Of a DNA stretch of 57,122 nucleotides, positions 29,854-39,809 are shown piece by piece. Within the stretch, counting starts at the first letter, position 1. Every line of letters starts with the position of its first letter. Both the position numbers and the translations under genes were made by a program. The DNA is from Thermoanaerobaculia bacterium (lineage in GTDB: Bacteria; Acidobacteriota; Thermoanaerobaculia; UBA5066): NCBI GenBank assembly GCA_963816185.1, contig CAWFJJ010000018.1, forward strand, positions 1 to 57,122, written 5' to 3'. The notes under the pieces are model-generated. The model was not told the DNA's origin, made no database searches, and was given only the letters and a program-made list of their open reading frames with translations.

Positions 29854-30768
29854 CTACGCGTCGTGGAGGGGCAGCAACTCAATGCCAGAAATGCGTTGTT
29901 CCGCGCGCACAGCACTCCAGAAGGCGTCGGTAATGGGCTTGAAGACGGGTCCCGGCACCTGCAGGGTGCGATACTCGAAGCACTTCACAGGGGCAAGCTC
30001 TAGCAGCGTTCCGGCGAAGCAGATTTCATCGGCAATATAGAGTTCGGACCTGTCGATTGGGCGCCGTAGGAACGGAATGCCGAGCGCGGCGGAGATACGC
30101 TCGGTAATATTCACCGTGATGCTCTCGAGACACCCTTCCGAGGCAGGCGGTGTGATCACCTGCCCATGGCGCGCGATGAGGATGGCGGAGCCGGTTCCTT
30201 CGGCGACACGGCCCCACTGGTTCAGTAGCACCATCTCGGCGAAGCCTTGCCGCCGTCCGTCGATGCGCGCGTTTCGGCTCACGAGGTAGTTCGCGGCCGA
30301 CTTGATGCGCGGCGGCTGTGCCGCATCGCCGGGGCGCTGCCACGTGCTGATGCCGACCTCGATCGGCTCAGGCCGACGCATCTCCTGCGTGTACGCCATG
30401 ATCACGAGGTCGGTCGTGGTATCGAGCCCCCAGTTGCCCTCGAGCGGATAGACCGTGGGTCGCAGCCACAGATCCTTGTTCGGGACGACGAGCCTCTGCG
30501 CGAGGCTCCGACAGGCTGCGACGAAGCCCGGATACTCGAGCTCGAACGGCAGGTGGATCATCATCGCCGACTGGCGCAGCCGCGTGTAGTGTTCCTCCAG
30601 GGCGAGGATCGAGAAAGTGCGGCCATCGGCGCTCCAGTATCCCTTGATGCCCTCGAAGACGCTGATGCCGCGAATCAGCGCCTCTGAGGCCACGTGAATC
30701 CGCGCGTCCTGCCAAGGCGTGATCGCACCCTTCATGTACACATATGGGGGGCGCTGAAGCTGGTTCAT
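29854..30768 (-). CDS. Class IV PLP aminotransferase (branched-chain amino acid aminotransferase-like)
   Basis: VFEGIKGY, EEHYTRL, RIKSAANY, VAEGTGSA, CLESIT, ADEICFAGT. Confidence 0.85.
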   Translation of the reverse strand: MNQLQRPPYVYMKGAITPWQDARIHVASEALIRGISVFEGIKGYWSADGRTFSILALEEHYTRLRQSAMMIHLPFELEYPGFVAACRSLAQRLVVPNKDLWLRPTVYPLEGNWGLDTTTDLVIMAYTQEMRRPEPIEVGISTWQRPGDAAQPPRIKSAANYLVSRNARIDGRRQGFAEMVLLNQWGRVAEGTGSAILIARHGQVITPPASEGCLESITVNITERISAALGIPFLRRPIDRSELYIADEICFAGTLLELAPVKCFEYRTLQVPGPVFKPITDAFWSAVRAEQRISGIELLPLHDA

Positions 30769-30982
30769 AAGGGACCTCGGAGGAGCGCGAAAATGAATAT
30801 CGCATGATTCGGATGATGGCGAGCGGCGTGCCGCGGGCGGCGAGACGGGCCCCACATCCGGCCGCAACATGTGTACGAGTTCACGCCCTGCATTGCGATG
30901 GTGCCTGTACCATTCGGGGTCTCTCTCAATTATGCCTTCGGTCCAACCACTTCGGTGGAGTGGTCGGCCTCGGCGCCGAGGC

Positions 30983-31187
30983 GCTCCCGTCCGTCGAGGT
31001 CCCAGAGGTGACAGCCGCGGCCGCGCGCGATGAAGGCTGGCGCGCCGACGGGGTACTGGTCGTCGCCCTTCGCGTAGGTGTGTGCGCCTCCGGGGATGGC
31101 CGCGTGGGCCCGCGCGCGCAGAGGTTCCGCCCCGGGCGACTCGATCAGACGCTGCGGGGTGCCGGCGACGGGGCTTTTCGCGGTCAT
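30983..31187 (-). pseudogene. Class III aminotransferase relic C (N-terminus)
   Basis: RARAHAAIPGGAHTYAKGDDQYP..FIARGRGCHLWDLDGRE, then homology stops. Confidence 0.85.
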
Positions 31188-31283
31188 GGTGAGTGTGGCG
31201 TGATCAGAGGGAGCCTGGGCCTGTAGCCGGCGTAAGGATAGGAAGTTTGACTGGCGCCCGCAAGAGGGCGAGCTCGGCCGCCG

Positions 31284-31295
31284 TAGACTATCTAT
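31284..31295 (+). promoter_or_regulatory. Putative -10 box TAGACT 6 nt before the ATG (leaderless transcript)
   Basis: TAGACT-atctat-ATG, with no SD upstream. Confidence 0.5.
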
Positions 31296-32555
31296 ATGTT
31301 GACCAGGAACTGGCGCGGGCTTGTTGTTTCGGCGTCTGCCGTCGCGTGTTTCGTCATAGCCGCACGCGGCGAAAAAACCAGGATGCTCGTGACCCGCTCC
31401 TGGAACCTCTGCGACTCCAAAACCGATCTCGACGGCCAGTGGGAGGGCTCGATTGTCGCCTCCGACGGCTACTGCTACTTCGCCAGCTCGACCCACTCGG
31501 GGCGTACCGGAGGAATGTTCTTCAAGTTCGACCCCAGGACGGAGAAGATCGCCGTCCTCGCCCACGACATCACCAAGGTTTGTGGCGAGGATCCGACCAG
31601 GGACGCCCCCCAGGGCAAGATCCACTCCGCGGTCGACGAGATGGACGGGTGGCTCTACTTCGGCACCCACGAGTCCTACGGCTCGCCAAACAGGCCCTAC
31701 AAGGGCGCACACCTCATCGGCTACGAGATCAAGACCGCCAACTTCAGGGATTTCGGGATCCTCGAGCCGAAGTACACCAACTACGCCGGACTGGCCGCTG
31801 ATCCGAAGAACAAGTGCGTGTACTTGTACCTCGTCTATCCCGGCCAGAGGAACGACAAGCCCAGCTTCATTTACAGGGTTGACGTCAAGACGGGCCAGAA
31901 ACGCAAGGTGCACGAGTTCCCGGGGATGCTGGGCGACATGAAGGCCGGCGGCTACGACGCGGCGGTCTACTACATGTACTGCGATCCGGGCGGCATCCTG
32001 TGGCTTCCGACCTGGAAGGGGTTCCTCGCCAGGTACGACCCCGCGAAGGGTAAGGTCAAGCTGATCGACGGCGTGCTGCCCTTCAAAGCCGAGATGCCCT
32101 ACCAGCACTGGACGTGGATTCAGCCGATCCCCGGACAGAGCAAAGCGGCCGTGACCTGCGGCGACGGCCTCTACATATTCGACCCGTCGGGAGAAAAGCC
32201 CAGCTTCAAGCTCGTCGCCAGGATCGGTAAGACCGGCCTCGAAACCGCCATCGCAGGGAGCGTCGTCTACTTCATTCAGGACCTGCACCTCAAGGCGGTG
32301 GACATCGGCAAGGAGAATCCGCAGGTGACCGACTACGGCCTCGTCACCGACCAGGACGGCCGCCGGCCATGGCGCCTGCCGGCGCTGGCCGCGGGCACCG
32401 ACGGCGGCATCTACATCACCGGCGACTGGTTCACCCAGGGCAACGACACCGCCACCACGCGCCTGAGCCGCGACAAGAAGGGCAACGAGACGTATCCGCC
32501 CCAGAACCGGTGCGAGCGCTTTGCCTATGTGAAGGTGACGCCGCCTGGAAAGTAG
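31296..32555 (+). CDS. Secreted protein of unknown function, probable beta-propeller
   Basis: Signal peptide; repeated blade-like units (DGYCYF, FKFDP, DGWLYFG, IYRVDV, ARYDP, YIFDP, DGGIYI); strong GC3 codon bias. Confidence 0.65.
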   Translation: MLTRNWRGLVVSASAVACFVIAARGEKTRMLVTRSWNLCDSKTDLDGQWEGSIVASDGYCYFASSTHSGRTGGMFFKFDPRTEKIAVLAHDITKVCGEDPTRDAPQGKIHSAVDEMDGWLYFGTHESYGSPNRPYKGAHLIGYEIKTANFRDFGILEPKYTNYAGLAADPKNKCVYLYLVYPGQRNDKPSFIYRVDVKTGQKRKVHEFPGMLGDMKAGGYDAAVYYMYCDPGGILWLPTWKGFLARYDPAKGKVKLIDGVLPFKAEMPYQHWTWIQPIPGQSKAAVTCGDGLYIFDPSGEKPSFKLVARIGKTGLETAIAGSVVYFIQDLHLKAVDIGKENPQVTDYGLVTDQDGRRPWRLPALAAGTDGGIYITGDWFTQGNDTATTRLSRDKKGNETYPPQNRCERFAYVKVTPPGK

Positions 32556-32567
32556 CGAAGCGGCGAT

Positions 32568-34208
32568 TCAGCCACGGAAGACTGCGCCGCGGAGCCTTTT
32601 CAGGCGCACGCCCATCGACTCACGCAGCACCACCTCGACGATCCAGACTCCGCCTGACCCGATCGCCCTTGAGAGATTCTTCTCGATGTCCCCGGCGAGG
32701 CGCATGTAGCGGGCCCCGACCGACTCCGCGAAACGACGGAAGTCCGGATTCTGAAGCTCGGTCCCGTGAAGGTGGCCGTATGCGCCGAGCTGTTGCCTGC
32801 TGATGGCGCTGTAGAGCCCGTCGTTGAATACGATCACCGTGAGCGGTATTCGCTCGCGCACTGCCGTGAGCAGCTCGAGCCCCGACATCGCGAAACCGCC
32901 GTCTCCCAGGAGAGCGACCACCGTCCGGTCAGCGCGCGCGAGCCTGGCTCCGATGGCCGCAGGCAACGCGAAACCCATCGCCTGCAGATCAGTCGGAAGG
33001 ATGAGACCTCGAGGCCGAAGGACGCGAAAATAGCGCCGCGCCATCATCTGGTGCCGGCCGGAATCCAGGATCAGACAGGATTCCGCGGGCATCGCGCGGC
33101 GCAGAGCCGCGAAGAACCCCTCGATCGAGGCCGGCCGAGCTCCTCGAATCGTCGTCCCCTCCCCTCTTGGCGCCGCGTCCGTGATGCGCCGCTTCCACTG
33201 GTCGACTTCCTCCTCCGGGAAGCCCGAACCGACTGATCCCCCTGGGGACAGGCAGCGGTCGAGGAGCGCCGTTATCACGGACGGGACGTCGGCGGCGAGC
33301 GTCAATGACGCGTCGTAGTTCGCTCCGAGTACCGCTTCGGACGCGTCGACGTGAATCAGGCGATCCGGCGCGAGCCGAAGGCGGAACCCGTGCGCACCGT
33401 TGTGAGAGAACTTGCACCCTAGAGCCAAAACCAGGTCCGCGCTTTCCACGAGCTCGTTCAGCACCTGGACGCTTCCGCGATCGAAGCACAACACCCACGG
33501 GTGGCTCTCGGGAACGACACCGCGTCCCGAAGTGGTCGTCACGAGCGGTGCCCTCATGGTCTCCACGAGCTTCAGCAACTCCGAAGCCGCGCCGTTTGCC
33601 CCCTGTCCGACGTAGAGCACGACGCGCCGCGCGCCGCTCAGCCGAAGCGCAATTTCGTCTACGGACGGCGCCCTCGAAGGCTGGGCTCCCGAAAAAGCTG
33701 GCGGCGCCGCGGCCTCCTCCGGAAGAATTCGCGGCGAAACCTGCACGACCACCGGTCCCGGCTCCCCCGCTTGACAAACGGCATGAGCCTCTTCGAGGGT
33801 GGCCTCGATACCATCGGCGCTCTCCAGATCGAAGACCCGTCTCACCAGGGGTGCCGCCACCGCTCGCTGATCGAGAGCCTGGAGCTGGAACCTTCGTCCC
33901 GGCGCCTCCGCCGGTCCCCCGACGATGCTCAGGACCGGGACCGAATCCAGAAGGGCTTCGGCGAGCCCGGTCAGGGCATAAGTGAACCCGGGTCCAGGGA
34001 TCGTCAGGAGCACGCCCGGGCGGCCCGAGGCGCGCGCGTAGCCGTTCGCCATGAAGGAAGCACCCAACTCGTGCGTGGCGACGATCGTTCGCAAACGCGA
34101 TTTGCGAAGCGCCTCGAAGAGAGCGACGTTCTGGGTGCCGGGAAGCCCGAAAACCGTCTCCACACCGAGAGTCTCGAGGGCTCGACAAAGACGCTCGGCG
34201 CCGGTCAT
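32568..34208 (-). CDS. Thiamine-diphosphate-dependent enzyme (acetolactate synthase large subunit / YerE-like)
   Basis: VFGLPG, HELGASFMANGYARASG, GPG, MGFALPAAIGA, ThDP motif GDGG...VFNDG. Confidence 0.88.
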   Translation of the reverse strand: MTGAERLCRALETLGVETVFGLPGTQNVALFEALRKSRLRTIVATHELGASFMANGYARASGRPGVLLTIPGPGFTYALTGLAEALLDSVPVLSIVGGPAEAPGRRFQLQALDQRAVAAPLVRRVFDLESADGIEATLEEAHAVCQAGEPGPVVVQVSPRILPEEAAAPPAFSGAQPSRAPSVDEIALRLSGARRVVLYVGQGANGAASELLKLVETMRAPLVTTTSGRGVVPESHPWVLCFDRGSVQVLNELVESADLVLALGCKFSHNGAHGFRLRLAPDRLIHVDASEAVLGANYDASLTLAADVPSVITALLDRCLSPGGSVGSGFPEEEVDQWKRRITDAAPRGEGTTIRGARPASIEGFFAALRRAMPAESCLILDSGRHQMMARRYFRVLRPRGLILPTDLQAMGFALPAAIGARLARADRTVVALLGDGGFAMSGLELLTAVRERIPLTVIVFNDGLYSAISRQQLGAYGHLHGTELQNPDFRRFAESVGARYMRLAGDIEKNLSRAIGSGGVWIVEVVLRESMGVRLKRLRGAVFRG

Positions 34209-34218
34209 GGTCGACGCA

Positions 34219-35283
34219 TCAGGTCTGCGAAGGGCGCCGGCGGAGCCGGCCAGCCAACGCCTCGACCTTCCTCCGAAGGCGACGCGATACCTGTCTGCCT
34301 CTCCGCGCCCATCGAAAACGGGCTGACTCGGGGCTTTCCAGCAGGAGGCACAGGTGCAGGTCACCGCCGAGCTGAGCCTTGAAGTGCGTGACGGCGTTCA
34401 GGGCGGCGTCCGTCAGGTCGTTCGCGGCGAATCCCCGCTCGGAGAGGCGCTTGAAGACATTCCACCGGAGAAAGGCCGTGGCTCCCAGGTTGAGGTACTG
34501 CCCGTCGGAGGCGGCGCACACGGTGTGGGAAACGGGATGCGGGCCAAGAAGAACCAGCTGGGTCGACACGGATGACCCTTGAGGCAGCCGGGCGTGGTAG
34601 AGGCGAGCGAGGTTCCTGGACCTCAGCCGCACGAAAAAACGCTCGAAGGCCGCCCGGGGAAGGTAGAGGCTGGTGCCTTTCCGCTCGTGGATCTGCGCGT
34701 GAAGGCGAAAGAAGCTTTCGAAGTCGTCATCCTCCGTGACGGAGAGGCCCTCGCGAGCCGCGCGCTCCACGAGCCGCCTGAGATTCTGCTCCATGCGGGC
34801 CCAGAGAAGGTCCATATCCGAGAGGGGAACGACATAGCTGTATTGAAGGCGTGCCGTCCAGCCTCTCGCGAGGAAGACGCGAACGTCGGTGAGGGAGCTG
34901 CGGCTTCGCAGGGCAACGTGGCCATAACCCAGGGCCGCCAGGCCGCGTAACAGCGCTTCAAGGATTTCGTTCTGCCGCGAAGTGCGTTGCGAAGGGTATC
35001 GGGTCTCGTAGGGTCGCAAGACGACGCCGTTGTAATAGAGAAGGAGCCGCGGCGAGACGTAGGCGCCCAGACGCGAGGTCCGCTCGTAGACGGCAATGCC
35101 GCCGAGGAGCTCGTCGCCTTTCTCGACGGCGAGAATGCGGAAGGTCCCACCCGCCGCCTCGCAGAGGGCGTCGAGGTACTCCGGCGTGCTGTAGACGGCA
35201 CCTTGTGCCGAACGAGCGACCAGCTCGTTCCACGCCGGATACTCGGCCTCCTCGAGCACGCGTGTGGAGAACCCCGCTTTCAA
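34219..35283 (-). CDS. GNAT/FemAB-like acyltransferase
   Basis: WNELV..S.Q..YS..EYL, NLRRLVERA, HFKAQLGG. TTG start with GGAGG SD, overlapping the upstream TGA. Confidence 0.75.
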   Translation of the reverse strand: MKAGFSTRVLEEAEYPAWNELVARSAQGAVYSTPEYLDALCEAAGGTFRILAVEKGDELLGGIAVYERTSRLGAYVSPRLLLYYNGVVLRPYETRYPSQRTSRQNEILEALLRGLAALGYGHVALRSRSSLTDVRVFLARGWTARLQYSYVVPLSDMDLLWARMEQNLRRLVERAAREGLSVTEDDDFESFFRLHAQIHERKGTSLYLPRAAFERFFVRLRSRNLARLYHARLPQGSSVSTQLVLLGPHPVSHTVCAASDGQYLNLGATAFLRWNVFKRLSERGFAANDLTDAALNAVTHFKAQLGGDLHLCLLLESPESARFRWARRGRQVSRRLRRKVEALAGRLRRRPSQT

Positions 35284-36494
35284 CCGTCGAGCCTCCCCCT
35301 GGACCTCTTCGTGATCCACGAGTAGAGGCCGACGATCCCGGGCACGGGATCCGCCCAGCTGAAGAATGGCTGGTACGCTCCAATCCATGATCGCAGCAGA
35401 GACCAGCCGTTCATGGAGCGCGCCCCGCGCCCCCCGAGCCGGTTCTGCAGGTCGAGATGCGGGTAGACACAGCGCCGTCCGACCTGATAGGTCGTGACAG
35501 GCTCGATCTCCTTGCCGAGTGCATCACGGTAGGCCATCCCGCACACGTCGACGCCGCAGCGGGCGGCGAAATCCACGTACCACCAGGGCCGGGCGTTCAC
35601 CTCCAGCAGCTTGAAAAGAGCGTCCCGCTCGTCGAGCTTGAACTCCGCACTGAACACGCCCCGATAGCCGATTCCGCTAAGGAGGCGGTGGATGGTTTCC
35701 ACGGCGCCGGAAACGTCGGCCAATGGAATGGTCACGCTACACGTGCTGTTGCCGAACTCCTCCGGGAACATGCGAATCCGCCGGCGCGCCAGCAGACCGC
35801 AGATCCGTCCGTGCCGGTCCACGAAGCCCTCCACGAACACGTGACGAGTCGGGGGACCGGGTATGAACTCCTGAAGCATCACCTTGAGGCCCTTCGCGGT
35901 GGCATCCTGCAACAGCCGAACGGCTTCCCTGCGGTCTCTGAAGCGGAGTGCTTTCGCTCCGTAGCATTGGGCAAAGACTGTCGACTGGTTCGGTTTCAGG
36001 AAACAGCCCTGCAACCGATCGTCCGGAACCGCTTCGAGCGCGCCCGGTTCTCGCAGGATCACTGTTCGCGGATGAGGGAGGCCCAATCGCACGAGCGTTT
36101 CCGCGAACAACTCCTTGTCCACCATCTGCCTGAGGGTCTCGGGAGGAGCAACGCTGCTCGAAAAACGGGTTGCAAGCTCCGGCTTCAGCTGGCTTACCGC
36201 CATGACCCACGCGTCCGAGCAAGGCAGCAGGACCAATCGCCTGATGGTCAGCCGCTCGAGTCGGGAACCGAGGTCCTGCTCGGGAAACTCGTTCGAACCT
36301 TCTTCGGGCAACGGCCGATACCAGCGCGAACGGGTGATCACACCGACGCGAGAGCCTGAAACGTACAGGGGTACGCCGCGTCTCCCCAAACAGCGGATGG
36401 CACCCAGGCCCGTGATGCCACCGCCAAGGATCAACACCGGCACCGGATGGCGCCCGCTCATGCTCTCAGGTTCCACGATCGTCGAAGAGCTCAT
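35280..36494 (-). CDS. ATP-grasp carboxylate-amine ligase (D-aspartate ligase-like)
   Basis: GLGAIRCLGRRG, FLKP, QEFIPG, EFKLDERD..KLLEVNARPW. Confidence 0.85.
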   Translation of the reverse strand: MSSSTIVEPESMSGRHPVPVLILGGGITGLGAIRCLGRRGVPLYVSGSRVGVITRSRWYRPLPEEGSNEFPEQDLGSRLERLTIRRLVLLPCSDAWVMAVSQLKPELATRFSSSVAPPETLRQMVDKELFAETLVRLGLPHPRTVILREPGALEAVPDDRLQGCFLKPNQSTVFAQCYGAKALRFRDRREAVRLLQDATAKGLKVMLQEFIPGPPTRHVFVEGFVDRHGRICGLLARRRIRMFPEEFGNSTCSVTIPLADVSGAVETIHRLLSGIGYRGVFSAEFKLDERDALFKLLEVNARPWWYVDFAARCGVDVCGMAYRDALGKEIEPVTTYQVGRRCVYPHLDLQNRLGGRGARSMNGWSLLRSWIGAYQPFFSWADPVPGIVGLYSWITKRSRGRLDG

Positions 36495-36586
36495 CCCGTC
36501 TTCCGTTTCGGCAGTCTACACAGGCCCATGAACAACCGTGTGTCGTCCGCCGAGCTCAGTCCGCGCCTCAGCATGTCGTCCGATTC

Positions 36587-37564
36587 TCACATCTCGGAAG
36601 CGACCGGTTGATATCCCCGTGCCCAGCGCAGGAGCCGTACAAGAAGCGCGCGCCTTCCAAGAAGCACGAGAAGAGGACAAACGCCTATCAGTGCGACGAG
36701 ACGTCCTTTCCTGTCGGACCACCGCCACCCGGCCTTGATCGTCTGACACGTCAGCGAATCCTCGCTTCGCCCGGCGGAGAAGATCGAAGAGGTCAGAAGG
36801 AGATAGACAATCCGGGGACGGACCGTTGCATCCCGGAACCATGACGTTGCCTCGAGATTTCGCGCGACTGCAAGGAGAGCCAGGGCGAAGCTTCGGGTGT
36901 CCTCGGAGTGCTTTCCATTCGAAAGACGCTCCGGCGCGTCGAGCTGGACGAAGCAGAGAGGCTCGGCAGCGTGCACGACAGTGACGTCGTGGCAGCCCGC
37001 CCGAACCTCGTACTCCTTGTCTTCCCACGACCAGAGCGGGAGCCAGGCTCCGAGCGGGTCGACCACCGAACGCCGCCAGAGGCAGGCACTCGTCGCCCAG
37101 GGCCTCCTCCACAACACCGTCGGAAGGAACCGGTTGCAGGCGCGATCGCTGCCGCGAAAGGGCTCCGTGGCATCCGAACCCCTCATGGCGAGGCATGCGC
37201 TGTAGGCCATGCCGGCGCCGGGCACGGCCCGGATCGCCGAAACGAGAACCTCGAGAAAGCGTGGCGCCCAGAAATCATCGGAATCAAGGTAGGAGATGTA
37301 CTCTCCCGCCGCCGCCCTCCGCCCCGCCTCGCGCGCGACGCCCGGCCCGCTGTTTCTCTCCAGCCGAAGGGTACGCACAGCGCCACCACCGGGCAGTTCG
37401 CCGGCGGCTGCCACGTACGGGATCGGGGACGCGTCGTCGACGACCACCAACTCGATGGCCGGGTAAGTCTGCGCGAGAACGGATTTGACGGCACGATCCG
37501 TCAGATCCGCGCGCCCATGCATCGGGATCACAACCGTGACGAGTTCGGTCTTCTCACGCGGCAT
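36587..37564 (-). CDS. Glycosyltransferase family 2
   Basis: VTVVIP, SVLAQT, VVDDAS, GPGVAR, YLDSDD, WED. Confidence 0.88.
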   Translation of the reverse strand: MPREKTELVTVVIPMHGRADLTDRAVKSVLAQTYPAIELVVVDDASPIPYVAAAGELPGGGAVRTLRLERNSGPGVAREAGRRAAAGEYISYLDSDDFWAPRFLEVLVSAIRAVPGAGMAYSACLAMRGSDATEPFRGSDRACNRFLPTVLWRRPWATSACLWRRSVVDPLGAWLPLWSWEDKEYEVRAGCHDVTVVHAAEPLCFVQLDAPERLSNGKHSEDTRSFALALLAVARNLEATSWFRDATVRPRIVYLLLTSSIFSAGRSEDSLTCQTIKAGWRWSDRKGRLVALIGVCPLLVLLGRRALLVRLLRWARGYQPVASEM

Positions 37565-37772
37565 ATCTTCGGGCCCGGCGAAGGCATCCCATCATTGCTG
37601 GCGCTCAAAAGCTCGCACCCGGGTACCAGTCTCACTTTCGCGCGGTTCTACGGCTCGCGTCGGGATAGTACGACATGCGAAACATCCATTCTCGAAAGCC
37701 GCGAGTCAGATCGGCGTTAGACGCGTACACTTCCACGGAGATGATGACGTTCCCGGCGATCGGGAGAAACCC

Positions 37773-39740
37773 CTGAAGACACCCGTCGACGCAGCGCATA
37801 AGGCCCGGCGCGGTCTTACCCTGATCCTTGGCGTCACGACGTTCGGCCTTCTTGCGCTGACCTCTCGTGTCCCGGCCGACCTCACGAGCGGTCGGACCGC
37901 GCTGGGCGTACCGGGCCTGGTTGTCTTTCCTCTGGTCACGTCTGCCGATCATCGCTATCTCCAGGATCAGAACGGCCAGCCGTTCCCGATCCTCGGCCGG
38001 GCCTCCTGGTCCGTCGTCTCCCTTTCCGTCGCCGACTATCAGACCTATCTCGACGACACGGCCGCGAGGGGCTTCAACGCAATCGAACTCAATCTCATCG
38101 ACCGCGCCAGCAGGAATCTGTCGCGTCCGTTCGCCGGGAATGGATCCGCACCGTTCACGAAGGACCTCTCCGGCGCGGCGTGGTCCGGCTCGATGTCCGT
38201 GGACCCGGACTTCACGTTCCCGAACGAGACGTACTGGAGCTTTGTCGACGGCCTTCTGACGTATGCGCGCGCGAAGGGGATCCTCTGCTTCGTCTTCCCC
38301 TCGTATGTCGGCCTTCAGGGAAACGACACCGAGGGCTGGATGAACATGATGTCGAACAACGGCGCGACGAAGATGACGACCTACGGCGCCTTCGTCGCCA
38401 ACCGCTACAAGCTCTACCCGAACCTCGTCTGGATGCTCGGTGGGGACTACGGAACCGCGCCCTCGGCCTTCGCCCCCAATCAGGTCGCCGTCGAGCAGGC
38501 GATGCTCGCCGGAATGCAAAGCGTCTCGGGGCAGGCCAGCACGAGCATCGGGGGCCTGTGGGCCGGCGATTCGATCTACACGACGCAGACCGATGCCACG
38601 TTGAAGGCGGCCGGAATTCTTCAGGGGGCCTACACGTGGGGTTCCGTTTCGCAGTGGTGCCGGAACGGCTACGCAGCGACCCCGGCAATGCCCGCGTTTC
38701 TCCTCGAAGGGCCCTATGACGAGGAAGGACCGGATGGCACGAACGTCAATCCTGGCGCCACTCAGCCCGTGCGCCGCTTCCAGTGGTGGAGCTGGCTCTC
38801 TTCCATCGGCGGCTACATCTCGGGAAACGGCTACGTCTGGATGTTCACGAATGGCGACTGGCAGGCCCACCTCAACACACAGGCGACGCAGGACAACACG
38901 AGGCTCAACGCTTTCATCCAGTCCCTCGCGTGGTATTCGCTTGTTCCGTCCGGCCTCGGCGGCGTCGGGACGCTCGTCACGGCGGGCGGCTCGACGCCGA
39001 GCTCGACCGATTATGTCGCGGCTGCGGCGAACCCGGCCGGGACGCTGCTCGTCGCCTACGTCCCACCCGCCCACACGGGCACGATTACACTGGACATGAC
39101 CGCGATGAGCGGCGCGGCGCAGGCAAACTGGTTTAACCCGACGACCGCTGCCTACACGCTGATCAGTCCGAGTATTGCCAACACCGGCACGCACACCTTC
39201 ACACCGCCCGGCGACAATGGCTCGGGGTATAGCGACTGGGTCCTGGTTCTGGATGCGTCGACTGCGAATCCCACTCCCACGCCGCCTCCCACTCGGACGC
39301 CGACACGGACACCGACGGCGACGCCGACATTGACTCCCACGGCCAGCGTGACGCCGGCACCGGCGAGATTCTTTCCACTGATTCCATGCCGCCTCGTCGA
39401 CACGCGAAGGGCGCCGGGGCCGCTCGGCGGTCCGGCGCTCGACGCCAACCAACCTCGCACGTTCGCGATCGCCAATGTATGCAACGTTCCGTCTACGGCG
39501 AGGGCGATCTCCGTCAATGTAACGGCCATCGGACCCGCAACGGCGGGCCAGTATCGATTTCACGCCGCGGACAGACCACTGCCGATCTCCAGCACGCTGA
39601 GCTTCGCCGCGAGCCGGACACGCGCGAACAACGGTGTCGTCGCGTTGTCAGGAGACGGCCTGGGACGGTTCACGGTACAGCCGGACCTGAGTTCAGGGAC
39701 CTCGCACCTCGTCGTCGACGTGAACGGATACTTTCAGTGA
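37773..39740 (+). CDS. Secreted DUF4038/GH140-like hydrolase paralogue 2 with Pro/Thr linker and C-terminal PCRLVDTR domain
   Basis: Highly similar to 392..1948. Start placed at CTG 37773 (SD GGGAGA) by alignment to paralogue 3. Confidence 0.8.
   Translation: MKTPVDAAHKARRGLTLILGVTTFGLLALTSRVPADLTSGRTALGVPGLVVFPLVTSADHRYLQDQNGQPFPILGRASWSVVSLSVADYQTYLDDTAARGFNAIELNLIDRASRNLSRPFAGNGSAPFTKDLSGAAWSGSMSVDPDFTFPNETYWSFVDGLLTYARAKGILCFVFPSYVGLQGNDTEGWMNMMSNNGATKMTTYGAFVANRYKLYPNLVWMLGGDYGTAPSAFAPNQVAVEQAMLAGMQSVSGQASTSIGGLWAGDSIYTTQTDATLKAAGILQGAYTWGSVSQWCRNGYAATPAMPAFLLEGPYDEEGPDGTNVNPGATQPVRRFQWWSWLSSIGGYISGNGYVWMFTNGDWQAHLNTQATQDNTRLNAFIQSLAWYSLVPSGLGGVGTLVTAGGSTPSSTDYVAAAANPAGTLLVAYVPPAHTGTITLDMTAMSGAAQANWFNPTTAAYTLISPSIANTGTHTFTPPGDNGSGYSDWVLVLDASTANPTPTPPPTRTPTRTPTATPTLTPTASVTPAPARFFPLIPCRLVDTRRAPGPLGGPALDANQPRTFAIANVCNVPSTARAISVNVTAIGPATAGQYRFHAADRPLPISSTLSFAASRTRANNGVVALSGDGLGRFTVQPDLSSGTSHLVVDVNGYFQ
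39268..39362 (+). repeat. Pro/Thr low-complexity linker (PTPTPPPTRTPTRTPTATPTLTPT)
   Basis: Direct translation. An equivalent linker lies at ~41335-41405. Confidence 0.8.
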
Positions 39741-39809
39741 AATGGCTGGGCATCGCCCGGCGTAGACTCCGAAGGTGATGGCGACGCTCTCGACCATGGA
39801 GAGTAATCC

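Noticed and set aside
23139-31187. Calling the class III relics hemL
   Set aside because: Motifs (HTYAKGDDQ, FLLSTTHG) and context point to a polysaccharide-associated GSA-aminomutase-like subfamily, not tetrapyrrole synthesis.
32568-34208. Calling the ThDP enzyme ilvB and the class IV enzyme ilvE as a branched-chain amino acid operon
   Set aside because: They are not adjacent, ilvN/ilvC/ilvD are absent, and both are embedded among glycan genes.
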